Sequence record: PQ863256.1
DNA length: 64,000 bases
Reading direction: 5' to 3' (one strand)
Source: Escherichia phage Ptacy1479
Shown here: piece after piece, positions 40,255 to 48,264 of the stretch
How the letters are laid out: each line of letters starts with the position of its first letter
How positions within the stretch are numbered: position 1 is the first letter of the stretch
Position numbers and translations under genes: made by a program
The notes under the pieces: model-generated
What the model saw: the letters and a program-made list of their open reading frames with translations, nothing else
The model's database searches: none
What the model was told of the DNA's origin: nothing

Positions 40255-40994
40255 TTATCTTGTTCCTTTTCCATAGCTTTAACAATGGCTTTACAGAAAC
40301 CAGAACGAACAATGTCATCTGACTCACCGTCTACAATCTCAGCAAACTCATACAGATCATGTTCATCAATAAAGTTAGTAGCCCAAGTCAGGCCACTCTC
40401 ACGACCACGCATATCATGCTGGTTTGTATCACCCATGCAAAACAGCTGAGAGGTTTCTCCCAATCGAGTCATGATGGAGAAGGCTTCATCCTTAGTTGTG
40501 TTCTGGAACTCATCTACGATAACAATAGCATCATTGAAAGAACGACCACGGAGGTATTCCAGAGGTACGAACTCGATGTTGCTATTACCAAGTTGGCATT
40601 CATAGAACCCCTTACCATATCGCTGAGTAATAACATCAATGATAGGCATCAGGTAAGGTTCAAACTTCTCACGCATTCCTCCCGGAAGTAACCCAAGAGA
40701 ATTGCCCATGCCAACCGAAGGACGACTCAGAATGATCTTCTGAATCTTACCACTCTTCAGTGCATCGATAACCGTGGAAGTGATTACAAAGGTCTTACCA
40801 CAGCCCGCAGGAGCGTCTGTGAACACAACTTGTTTAGTCTTAATAGCATTGAGTAGCTCAGACTGAAACTGGTTCTGAGGGACTACAGGCTTTGCTAAAA
40901 CCACCTCTTCATACTCTCGCTTACCTTTACGAGTAACAAGTGCTTCCCGACGAAGGTCTTTCCGTGATTCTTTCCGTGATTGACGACGACTCAT
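40251..40994 (-). CDS. phoH: PhoH-like ATPase
   Basis: Walker A APAGCGKTF; MGDTNQHD motif. Confidence 0.8.
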   Translation of the reverse strand: MSRRQSRKESRKDLRREALVTRKGKREYEEVVLAKPVVPQNQFQSELLNAIKTKQVVFTDAPAGCGKTFVITSTVIDALKSGKIQKIILSRPSVGMGNSLGLLPGGMREKFEPYLMPIIDVITQRYGKGFYECQLGNSNIEFVPLEYLRGRSFNDAIVIVDEFQNTTKDEAFSIMTRLGETSQLFCMGDTNQHDMRGRESGLTWATNFIDEHDLYEFAEIVDGESDDIVRSGFCKAIVKAMEKEQDK

Positions 40995-41188
40995 TTACGC
41001 TCTCCAATTTCTTCGTAATGACACTCAGTAGTTAAGCAGTCTTTACAGATTGCTGTATAAACCCTGACGTTAGTAAATCGTTTGTTCTTCCCTTTGGTTG
41101 GAGAGCCTTTGGCAAGCTCTCTGATAACCTTGTTACTTAAATGAAGGTTTGTTCCTTCACATCTAGAGCACTTCACCACAATGTCCAT
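40991..41188 (-). CDS. small zinc-ribbon protein
   Basis: CSRCEG...CKDCLTTEC. Confidence 0.4.
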   Translation of the reverse strand: MDIVVKCSRCEGTNLHLSNKVIRELAKGSPTKGKNKRFTNVRVYTAICKDCLTTECHYEEIGERK

Positions 41189-41373
41189 TCAGTAAGAGAC
41201 CACAGGGAGTCACCTATGTGGGCATTGTCATTCCTGATGAGGTCTTTGATTTTATCAACATCAGTTAAGTGAGTCACATTCAAAATATCCTCAACATCCG
41301 GGGTATATTTAAATATGGCAATAATACTGTTGTGATCTTCAGCATATCTTTCTAGAACATAAACTACACTCAT
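41173..41373 (-). CDS. hypothetical small protein
   Basis: 66 aa track ORF. Confidence 0.4.
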   Translation of the reverse strand: MSVVYVLERYAEDHNSIIAIFKYTPDVEDILNVTHLTDVDKIKDLIRNDNAHIGDSLWSLTEWTLW

Positions 41374-41576
41374 AAGGCATCAACCTCTCTCAGATACCAC
41401 CATTTAAACTCAACACCTTTACGACCACCACCATTCATAACCCAACGCATCATCTCATCAGGTATTCCAAAAGGTTTAAGTTTCGCATAGTTAGGTTTTT
41501 CTAAGAACACAGCTTCAAAATACTCACCATCTTGATCATACTGGTTGATTGCTCTTGTTAGTACCCATACTTTCAT
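41370..41576 (-). CDS. hypothetical small protein (start revised to Met38)
   Basis: purine-rich AAAGAGAAGAG upstream of ATG 41576. Confidence 0.35.
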   Translation of the reverse strand: MKVWVLTRAINQYDQDGEYFEAVFLEKPNYAKLKPFGIPDEMMRWVMNGGGRKGVEFKWWYLREVDAL

Positions 41577-41892
41577 TACTCTTCTCTTTATGAAGTCTAT
41601 AAACAGCTGTCGCCATGCAAGCAACAGCTTCATTATGCGGAAGGTGCATCCCTGTAGAACCATCCCAATCTTTGAACTCATTGTCAAAGACTCCGGTAGG
41701 TTCTGGATACAGAGCTTGCAGCTCCACTAGATCATTAGCAACTTGTTGCCATTTATCATCAGACCAGATAGGGTCATCCAACCAGTAATACAAATAGGAA
41801 TGGATGATCAATTGCCTTCTATGCCGATTGATTACTTCAGCGGGACTTATTTCACTTCCATTTGAAGTCCTAAATGTATTACCGTCGATCAT
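41536..41892 (-). CDS. hypothetical protein
   Basis: 118 aa track ORF. Confidence 0.45.
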   Translation of the reverse strand: MIDGNTFRTSNGSEISPAEVINRHRRQLIIHSYLYYWLDDPIWSDDKWQQVANDLVELQALYPEPTGVFDNEFKDWDGSTGMHLPHNEAVACMATAVYRLHKEKSNESMGTNKSNQPV

Positions 41893-42095
41893 TATGAAAA
41901 TTTCCGTTCTGTTAAAAAGTATATAACTTCACTATCTGGAGACCGAACTTTCTCTCCATTTACTAATTTCTTAGCATCTTCATATGAAGCACAATCCAAA
42001 GCAGGGTTATCAGGTGTTGGCTTCCCTAGGAAATATTTCCAAGTCCAACGCTCTCCGTCATCATCTTGACAGTCAAGAGTCCACAATGTTTTCAT
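41892..42095 (-). CDS. hypothetical small protein
   Basis: 67 aa; ATGA coupling at both ends. Confidence 0.4.
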   Translation of the reverse strand: MKTLWTLDCQDDDGERWTWKYFLGKPTPDNPALDCASYEDAKKLVNGEKVRSPDSEVIYFLTERKFS

Positions 42096-42277
42096 TTAAC
42101 AACCTTAAATTTGAATGTTGTTGGGTGATAATAGTGCAACCTGTTGATAGTATGCTTTGTTTCAAGGTATGTCCTACAGGAGTGGCACATAACATGAGAC
42201 AAACCAGTCACAGGATTGGGCTTAAAATTGATGATAAGCTTCTCTTTCTTACAGAAGCTACAGACTTTCTTTTCCAT
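42092..42277 (-). CDS. small Cys-rich (CxxC...CxxC) protein (start revised to Met24)
   Basis: GGAGAAAAG upstream of ATG 42277. Confidence 0.4.
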   Translation of the reverse strand: MEKKVCSFCKKEKLIINFKPNPVTGLSHVMCHSCRTYLETKHTINRLHYYHPTTFKFKVVK

Positions 42278-42491
42278 CTTTTCTCCAGTGGTCAACGAAT
42301 TGCTGAAACACTTTATGGTCGAAGGTGAAACCACGAGCAATCCCACACTCTACGAAAGTAGAAGGCATATAGTCTACATCACCTTTAGATGTATGACCAT
42401 AAACTTGAATAAGCTTTTTAATCTTACCCTTCTCTCTTCGAGGAAGCATCCTAAATGCCTCCTGAATATCTGTAATATGTTTGACTTTCAT
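42258..42491 (-). CDS. hypothetical small protein
   Basis: AGGAAT upstream of ATG. Confidence 0.45.
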   Translation of the reverse strand: MKVKHITDIQEAFRMLPRREKGKIKKLIQVYGHTSKGDVDYMPSTFVECGIARGFTFDHKVFQQFVDHWRKDGKESL

Positions 42492-42503
42492 CAGAAATTC
42501 CTG

Positions 42504-42635
42504 CTAATCCTCTGGATTATGAGAACAGCAATACTCACATACTCCGCAACATGGACAAATTTCTACACTTGGGTCATATGCATCATCCACTGTCATTCCG
42601 CACTTGGTACAGAACACGTCGTCATCTTCTTCCAA
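42504..42635 (-). CDS. small zinc-ribbon protein (43 aa from TTG; not in track)
   Basis: 8 Cys (CTKCG...CPCCGVCEYCC); GGAG 9 nt upstream of TTG; fills gap after ThyX-like gene. Confidence 0.3.
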   Translation of the reverse strand: MEEDDDVFCTKCGMTVDDAYDPSVEICPCCGVCEYCCSHNPED

Positions 42636-42637
42636 TA

Positions 42638-43294
42638 TTAAATCTCCAATGTTTTCTTCAGAGCTGCCCACGAGATTGGGTAGATCTTAGTCATCTCTTC
42701 GTCTACAGATTTAGCAAACACTCGAACTTCATATTGAGCGTGAGAGGAGAGTCGCTGACGACACAACTCAAACCAGCCATACAAAGAACCGGTCCACACC
42801 CACTCAGTGATCATCCCCTGAGGAAGAACAAATCGAGCTTGCTCTGGTGCAATAAATTCAATCAACTTGTCATATGCTGCTAGAGAAGCTTCATATGCAT
42901 CATTAATCAGCATTAATGCTTCAGCTCGTTCTCCGTCGATGAGTTGAATCCCTGAACCTGCATGGAGGTCCGAAGGTCTCGCAAAAATCTCTTTAGGGAT
43001 GAAGACTTCAACTGCTCCATCTTTATACCGCCGGGACATTTCGTTCCACGAGAATCCAACCTGATGCTTGCCCAACTGTCTCGCAATTGCGATAGGTGCT
43101 TTGCATCGGAAACTGACTTGCGGGTGTCGGAATGGGGTAACATGCTTCTCTCTTGCGAGGAAGTTGATGAGACGTTCATCACGTTCATTTAAATCACCTT
43201 CACGGGTTACGCCAAAGGAAACTCGAGCTGCGTTTACTACGCTACGATCACTTCCCATAGCTTCGATTAATGTTGCTTGTAATTGTTCATTCAT
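42638..43294 (-). CDS. thyX: flavin-dependent thymidylate synthase ThyX-like, with KHQ in place of the RHR signature
   Basis: ThyX-like along its length (ARVSF, KAPIAIARQ, SHAQYEVR) but RHRX7S position reads KHQX8S. Confidence 0.65.
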   Translation of the reverse strand: MNEQLQATLIEAMGSDRSVVNAARVSFGVTREGDLNERDERLINFLAREKHVTPFRHPQVSFRCKAPIAIARQLGKHQVGFSWNEMSRRYKDGAVEVFIPKEIFARPSDLHAGSGIQLIDGERAEALMLINDAYEASLAAYDKLIEFIAPEQARFVLPQGMITEWVWTGSLYGWFELCRQRLSSHAQYEVRVFAKSVDEEMTKIYPISWAALKKTLEI

Positions 43295-43309
43295 CCGTGA
43301 ATTTCCTTA

Positions 43310-43519
43310 TTAATATTCCTTGATTGGGGATACCACAAAACCACCAAGAGGTGAGGTAAAAGATTTATGTAAGCTTATTTTGCTATAAATCTTTGGAGCC
43401 ATCTTAAGAGCCTTCTTAAAACGACGAGCATCTTTACGAGTAGCAAAATGCTCTGTAACAGGTATAGAATGGTCTTGGTAGATATAATACATCACCGTCC
43501 AGTATTTTCCCATAATCAA
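43310..43519 (-). CDS. small basic protein, member of 4-copy paralog family
   Basis: shares W.V...F.TRK.AR.FKK...H pattern with 44996/45205/45414. Confidence 0.45.
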   Translation of the reverse strand: MIMGKYWTVMYYIYQDHSIPVTEHFATRKDARRFKKALKMAPKIYSKISLHKSFTSPLGGFVVSPIKEY

Positions 43520-43788
43520 ACACCTAGTGCAGTAGTTAAAAATGCTTTCAGGTTTGCCTCAGTCTGCATACCAGAGAGGCTGTAGTGTGCGCCACTGTTA
43601 CGGTCAGGTACGACGAAAGCGGGTATGCTTCGTACACCATATTTAACAGCTTGTTCACGACCATCTCCTTCAAGGATATTGATCTCTTCCACTTCTACAT
43701 CAAACTCCCTAACAACCCTCTCAAAGGTGGGAGCCATTGCTTTACATGGAGCACACTGATCACTATAAAACTTAATTACTTTAGACAT
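43516..43788 (-). CDS. thioredoxin
   Basis: 90 aa; CAPC active-site CxxC at residues 12-15, thioredoxin-like size. Confidence 0.7.
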   Translation of the reverse strand: MSKVIKFYSDQCAPCKAMAPTFERVVREFDVEVEEINILEGDGREQAVKYGVRSIPAFVVPDRNSGAHYSLSGMQTEANLKAFLTTALGV

Positions 43789-43796
43789 GTAAATCC

Positions 43797-43976
43797 TTAT
43801 GCAGTCAGGAGGTGAAGCAGGAACGGGATAACAACAGCTACGATAACCATGATGGTTGATGCTGTTTGAATCTCACCTTTCTTATCAGGGGTTTCTTCAA
43901 TAAGCTTACCAGAAGCCCAATAAATACCACCACCAATAAAGATAGCCCAAATACCCCATACGATTGCTGATAACAT
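43797..43976 (-). CDS. small two-TM membrane protein (59 aa; not in track)
   Basis: MLSAIVWGIWAIFIGGGIYW and IMVIAVVIPFLLHLL helices; TAAGGA upstream of ATG. Confidence 0.4.
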   Translation of the reverse strand: MLSAIVWGIWAIFIGGGIYWASGKLIEETPDKKGEIQTASTIMVIVAVVIPFLLHLLTA

Positions 43977-44037
43977 ATATCTATATCCTTATAAATAAGT
44001 TCGCCCCACCTCGGGTTAGGAGACAGGGCGGAGGTTT

Positions 44038-44601
44038 TTAGTAAGACACGTCGCCACTTGAATGGGACATGTTGCTCTTGACGAAGTAGCAATACTTGCC
44101 AAGACCTTCATTAATTTCTTGAAGCATACTCTGATCGACAGGGTAGGATGCTAAATCGCCATCAAACTCATCCATCTTCTCAATAATACACATCAAGGTC
44201 ATGCACATATCAGAGAGCATACCGTCCATGTCTAGATCAGCATTACCCTCTGAAAACCAAGCATGGGAGAGGTAGTTAGCCGCTGTAGCATCCACCTTAA
44301 CACAGTGATATCGCATACGTTCAGCAATACGATCTCCTACTTGTCGTGCGTAATCTTCCATCTCATCAAACATACCATGAACACCCTGAAATCCTGCACC
44401 AGAGACGTTCCAGTGGTAGTTTTTAGCTTTGATATGCAAGAGTTCCATGTTAGCTTGTAAGCAGCTCAGGATGTGTTCTAGGCTGTTTCCACTAATCATA
44501 CCCTGCATTGTTTCAAGGCGAGAGATTGAAAGCTCAGACCGGTCTAACACACTATAGCTGTCACGACCAATCTCAGGTAAATCAAAAACATTCTTATGCA
44601 T
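44038..44601 (-). CDS. dps: Dps-family ferritin-like protein (start revised to Met17)
   Basis: KAKNYHWNVSGAGFQGVHGMFDE...DRIAER with ferroxidase-position His, His, Asp, Glu conserved. Confidence 0.7.
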   Translation of the reverse strand: MHKNVFDLPEIGRDSYSVLDRSELSISRLETMQGMISGNSLEHILSCLQANMELLHIKAKNYHWNVSGAGFQGVHGMFDEMEDYARQVGDRIAERMRYHCVKVDATAANYLSHAWFSEGNADLDMDGMLSDMCMTLMCIIEKMDEFDGDLASYPVDQSMLQEINEGLGKYCYFVKSNMSHSSGDVSY

Positions 44602-44923
44602 TTGGGTTTTCTCCATCAAGTTCAACTGAATTAGCAACATTACGTGCAATATTATCCATTACCTGCTGGGTAATTACGATGCAGTTCTGCGGGTCTACTG
44701 ACTTAGAACGCCCCATTTCAGGGTCATACACCTTAACTCGTTTAGCAGTTGAACCTGTAACCTGAAGAACCTTCAATAGATATCCCTGATTACCAATAGA
44801 CCAAGCAACAACATCACGATTCTTGATAAAGCGACCAAGCATATCACGATGATAAAACTGTTGCATCACCTTGGATTTTGTAATCTCTTCAGTGGGCGGG
44901 GCCACTTTACTCAAATCTAACAT
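44594..44923 (-). CDS. hypothetical protein
   Basis: AATGTATA-containing element about 39 nt upstream; 109 aa. Confidence 0.5.
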   Translation of the reverse strand: MLDLSKVAPPTEEITKSKVMQQFYHRDMLGRFIKNRDVVAWSIGNQGYLLKVLQVTGSTAKRVKVYDPEMGRSKSVDPQNCIVITQQVMDNIARNVANSVELDGENPNA

Positions 44924-44962
44924 AACTCTCTCCTGTAAAATACAAATTCTTATTGTACTCTA

Positions 44963-44971
44963 TATACATTT
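44963..44971 (-). promoter_or_regulatory. AAATGTATA variant of the promoter-like element
   Basis: 8/9 match to TAATGTATA, similar spacing to ATG 44923. Confidence 0.35.
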
Positions 44972-44995
44972 GAGAGTTACCATATCTACTACCAA

Positions 44996-45205
44996 TCAGT
45001 AGTAAATTACTTTAGACATAAAAGAACCCGAGCTAGGGTCTTCGTACCAGCGATGAATGTCAGCACTTTTAACAGTTCCTATTAGAGCTTTCACATTCTT
45101 TTTAGCGACACGAGCCTCTTTGCGAGTGTTAAACAGTTTGATATTATCTTTACCTAAGTGTTGTTTCTGTTCCCAAACAACACGAACAGCCCACATCTTT
45201 TTCAT
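44996..45205 (-). CDS. small basic protein, tandem paralog 1
   Basis: 69 aa; TRKEARVAKK motif. Confidence 0.5.
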   Translation of the reverse strand: MKKMWAVRVVWEQKQHLGKDNIKLFNTRKEARVAKKNVKALIGTVKSADIHRWYEDPSSGSFMSKVIYY

Positions 45206-45414
45206 TAGTAATGTACCTTTCCGCTGATATAAATACGACCAGAGGAATACTCCTTGGCCTTATGGATACTAATGCTCTTAGTTAAGTCCATATTGAACAT
45301 AGACTTTTTAAAATCTCGAGCTTGTTGACGGGTGGGCAGTGCAGTCATAGTCATACCACCTGATGCCCACTTAATCTTCGCTAACCAGAACTGTCTCATG
45401 GTGATTGGTCTCAT
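45205..45414 (-). CDS. small basic protein, tandem paralog 2
   Basis: 69 aa; TRQQARDFKK motif. Confidence 0.5.
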   Translation of the reverse strand: MRPITMRQFWLAKIKWASGGMTMTALPTRQQARDFKKSMFNMDLTKSISIHKAKEYSSGRIYISGKVHY

Positions 45415-45611
45415 TAATAATAAACCTTACTATTTGCCATAAAAGCACCTTCGCTATTCATGAAAGCTTTACCAATACTAACCTTGTTAAGTCTAAAAGT
45501 AGACTTGTATTGATTTTTGACCCTACGTGCGTGCTCTCGAGTATTAACAAAATCTACAGCTACCAACTCTCCAGACGTGTTATCATGTACACGAACAATC
45601 CACTTTTTCAT
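45414..45611 (-). CDS. small basic protein, tandem paralog 3
   Basis: 65 aa; TREHARRVKN motif. Confidence 0.5.
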   Translation of the reverse strand: MKKWIVRVHDNTSGELVAVDFVNTREHARRVKNQYKSTFRLNKVSIGKAFMNSEGAFMANSKVYY

Positions 45612-45835
45612 TTTACTAAACCCTTCATATAATCATAAAGATCATTAGAGGCTTTACCCCATTCAAGGTGCTTCTTATCCATATAACTCTTACAGGCTTC
45701 TTTACTGCTCTCAACGCATATATCAAATTGATGACATGCTCGACCAAAAGTTATAGCTTTTAACTGAACTTCGGTAGTTAAACCTTTAAGCTCTTGAAAC
45801 TCTTCTTCAGTCATTTTACACACCTTTGGATGCAA
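45608..45835 (-). CDS. hypothetical small protein
   Basis: 75 aa track ORF. Confidence 0.4.
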   Translation of the reverse strand: MHPKVCKMTEEEFQELKGLTTEVQLKAITFGRACHQFDICVESSKEACKSYMDKKHLEWGKASNDLYDYMKGLVK

Positions 45836-46349
45836 CTACACCTTCAGAGTTATTATAACGACCCTTCACTGCATAGGAATCATCACCAGCGTGAGAGTGT
45901 TCAAACATAACCATTTGACCAACACGCATCCCAGCACGAACTCGTAAGCTGTGGTGCTTGGTTACGTTGTGGAATTCAAATGTCAGCTTACTACTATTAA
46001 ATCCTGCATCAGCCCAACCGGCATGGAGGTGGTTCAGGCCACAACGAGCCATAGATGAACGCAGAACAAATAGACTTGAGATATTATCTGGAAGATTAAA
46101 CTCCTCCATAGAGTGAGCCAAGAAGAACTGACCCGGAGTGATAACCAAACCCTCTTCAGGAATCTTTACTTCCTTCCACTGAAGATTCTCTTTCGCATCA
46201 ATATCAACGATGCCATCAGCCTGTTCTTCAACAAGGATAGTATCACCAATACGGATATCCACACTAGCAGCGTTAACATACTTATGCTCCGCATCCAGAT
46301 AGCCATTGTCAATTACATCATGCAGTTCAATACTTCCTAGTAAACTCAT
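45816..46349 (-). CDS. dcd: dCTP deaminase (dUTPase superfamily)
   Basis: HAGWADAGFNSSKLTFEFHN...GMRVGQMVMF pattern. Confidence 0.75.
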   Translation of the reverse strand: MSLLGSIELHDVIDNGYLDAEHKYVNAASVDIRIGDTILVEEQADGIVDIDAKENLQWKEVKIPEEGLVITPGQFFLAHSMEEFNLPDNISSLFVLRSSMARCGLNHLHAGWADAGFNSSKLTFEFHNVTKHHSLRVRAGMRVGQMVMFEHSHAGDDSYAVKGRYNNSEGVVASKGV

Positions 46350-46361
46350 TCTTTTTCCTTA

Positions 46362-47708
46362 TTAGCGAATGTTTTGTGAATTTATTAAGTGGTCCAGTTC
46401 TCCACCAACCTGAGGCTCTAATACTTCAGGATTGTTGGCAACAAACCGATCAGCGAGACTGCGGCTGACAGTCTCAGCAAGTTCGTCATGAGAAGGAGTA
46501 TCAAGATCGGAGAGACTACCTACCACATCTTGAGCCACGCCTTCATCAGTCCAGATAACACGAGAAGGGGCGTTGATATCACCAACAGCGAAACCTTGAC
46601 CAGAGAACTGGTGACGGCTAACAGTAAAACCATTTGATCGACCACGAGAAGGACTAGATATCCATCTCTCCATAGAATCCCTTGTAATACCAAGAGCTTC
46701 TTCAAAAGATGTTCTACGAGTAGGGCTTTCTCTTCGTGACTCTTGTGCTCGACGCATTGCAGGGGCTACAAACACCCCTTCAATTGCATTGTGTCGGTTA
46801 GGTTCTTCCCGACCAAGCAGATCACCACCCGTGTTGGTTGTTAAGTTTGTCAACCCTTCAGACCAATATGCTCTTATCTGACTAGAGCCATGAACACTTG
46901 ACATTAACTGAATCTCTTCATAAGGGATTCCAAAGAATCGACTCATGTCACGATTAACACAATACTGAGCACTTGTTGTGTCCTCAATAAGAGCAACCTG
47001 ACCTCGTTCGTTGACCAGATGACTAACTGGTTGAGGTGTGGGAAGGTATCGAGTTTGGGCCATGTATTGATGTGCAGCTGCTGGAGAGGAAAATCTCAAC
47101 ACTTGCGAGTTAGGCCACTTCTTGTGAACATACCTGATTTCACGACTAGAAACAACCACTGGACAAGGGGCGGTCATAGCCAAATATCCATGAGAAGTCA
47201 TGAATAAGTTGTCAAGAGTCATCGCACCACGACACATCATAGGAAAATTATCCAATACCTCTTCAATAGAAGTAGGATAATTAAACATGAATTGGATACG
47301 AACCCCATTCCACTGAAACTCAATAATATCAGTGAATGTTAATTGAGAACTCCCAGCATAGGATTCGTTTGTAGCTTCAGCAAGAAGGGATGCATATTCA
47401 ACATCTTGTGACTCTAGCCATTCCTTCACATTACTTTCAATCTCTCTTCCAAGAGCTTGCCAACGATCAGTTGGGACGAAAGTATTTTGAGTTCTTGGTG
47501 TTTGTCCTCTGACAATAAAGATATCAATGTCATGTGGAGCTGTGTTATTAAGCACAGCATCACGAACAGCCCCACCAGTAATGATGGGACAGATACCGTC
47601 TGGAACTAAATTGTTGTTAATCAACTGTTCAATGAAGTGACGACCAACAGTGATATCAGGTTGTTGAGCAACCTTATCTTCAATTTGGTTAATCGGGATA
47701 ACAATCAT
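46362..47708 (-). CDS. nucleotidyltransferase with CCA-adding / poly(A) polymerase-type head domain (start revised to Met20)
   Basis: IITGGAVRDAVL...HDIDIFI matches GGxVRD...DxD head motif; C-terminal half Ser/Arg-rich, unassigned. Confidence 0.55.
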   Translation of the reverse strand: MIVIPINQIEDKVAQQPDITVGRHFIEQLINNNLVPDGICPIITGGAVRDAVLNNTAPHDIDIFIVRGQTPRTQNTFVPTDRWQALGREIESNVKEWLESQDVEYASLLAEATNESYAGSSQLTFTDIIEFQWNGVRIQFMFNYPTSIEEVLDNFPMMCRGAMTLDNLFMTSHGYLAMTAPCPVVVSSREIRYVHKKWPNSQVLRFSSPAAAHQYMAQTRYLPTPQPVSHLVNERGQVALIEDTTSAQYCVNRDMSRFFGIPYEEIQLMSSVHGSSQIRAYWSEGLTNLTTNTGGDLLGREEPNRHNAIEGVFVAPAMRRAQESRRESPTRRTSFEEALGITRDSMERWISSPSRGRSNGFTVSRHQFSGQGFAVGDINAPSRVIWTDEGVAQDVVGSLSDLDTPSHDELAETVSRSLADRFVANNPEVLEPQVGGELDHLINSQNIR

Positions 47709-47709
47709 T

Positions 47710-48264
47710 TTACATTTTCCAATATAATGAAGGTGGGTCGTAAGGGTCAAATCCCGTGAGTTCACACAAGAAAAGATAAACCTTAACAGTTAAGTTAACG
47801 TCCTGTTCACAATAAGTAAACATATCTTCAGTGAAAGCATCCCATGCTTCCTCTTGCTCACCGTAATCACCTTTAAGTTCCTCTAAGAACTCACCCCATT
47901 GCTTCAAACCATGACCTCTTGGGCCACGTCTAGGGTCGCCTTTCGGGTACTCAGGACTGTCACCAATACGGTCAGGTTTAAGATATCGACTAAGACATAA
48001 AGTGTCAAAGACGTTAAAATGATATTTAATCAAAGAAGGATACATCTTCTTCAGAGCAGGTAAGTCGAAGTCAATGATATTATGACCAACGAGCACATCA
48101 GCTTCTGTAAGTTTACGAATCCCATCTTCAATTTGGTGAGGCCGATAGCCCCACCTTTCACCAGATTCAACATCGAAGATATAAATACACCATACTCTAG
48201 TTATGTCATCGTACAGTGCATTACTCTCGATATCAAATGCAAACACTTTCTTTTTCTTTACCAC
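47710..48264 (-). CDS. 3'-5' exonuclease (DnaQ-like), stand-alone proofreading domain
   Basis: FDIES (Exo I), GHNIIDFD (Exo II), YCEQD (Exo III). Confidence 0.7.
   Translation of the reverse strand: MVKKKKVFAFDIESNALYDDITRVWCIYIFDVESGERWGYRPHQIEDGIRKLTEADVLVGHNIIDFDLPALKKMYPSLIKYHFNVFDTLCLSRYLKPDRIGDSPEYPKGDPRRGPRGHGLKQWGEFLEELKGDYGEQEEAWDAFTEDMFTYCEQDVNLTVKVYLFLCELTGFDPYDPPSLYWKM

Noticed and set aside
43838-44092. 84-aa track ORF
   Set aside because: Overlaps the Dps-like gene start and has no good RBS; the same region holds a 59-aa two-TM ORF in another frame with a TAAGGA Shine-Dalgarno.
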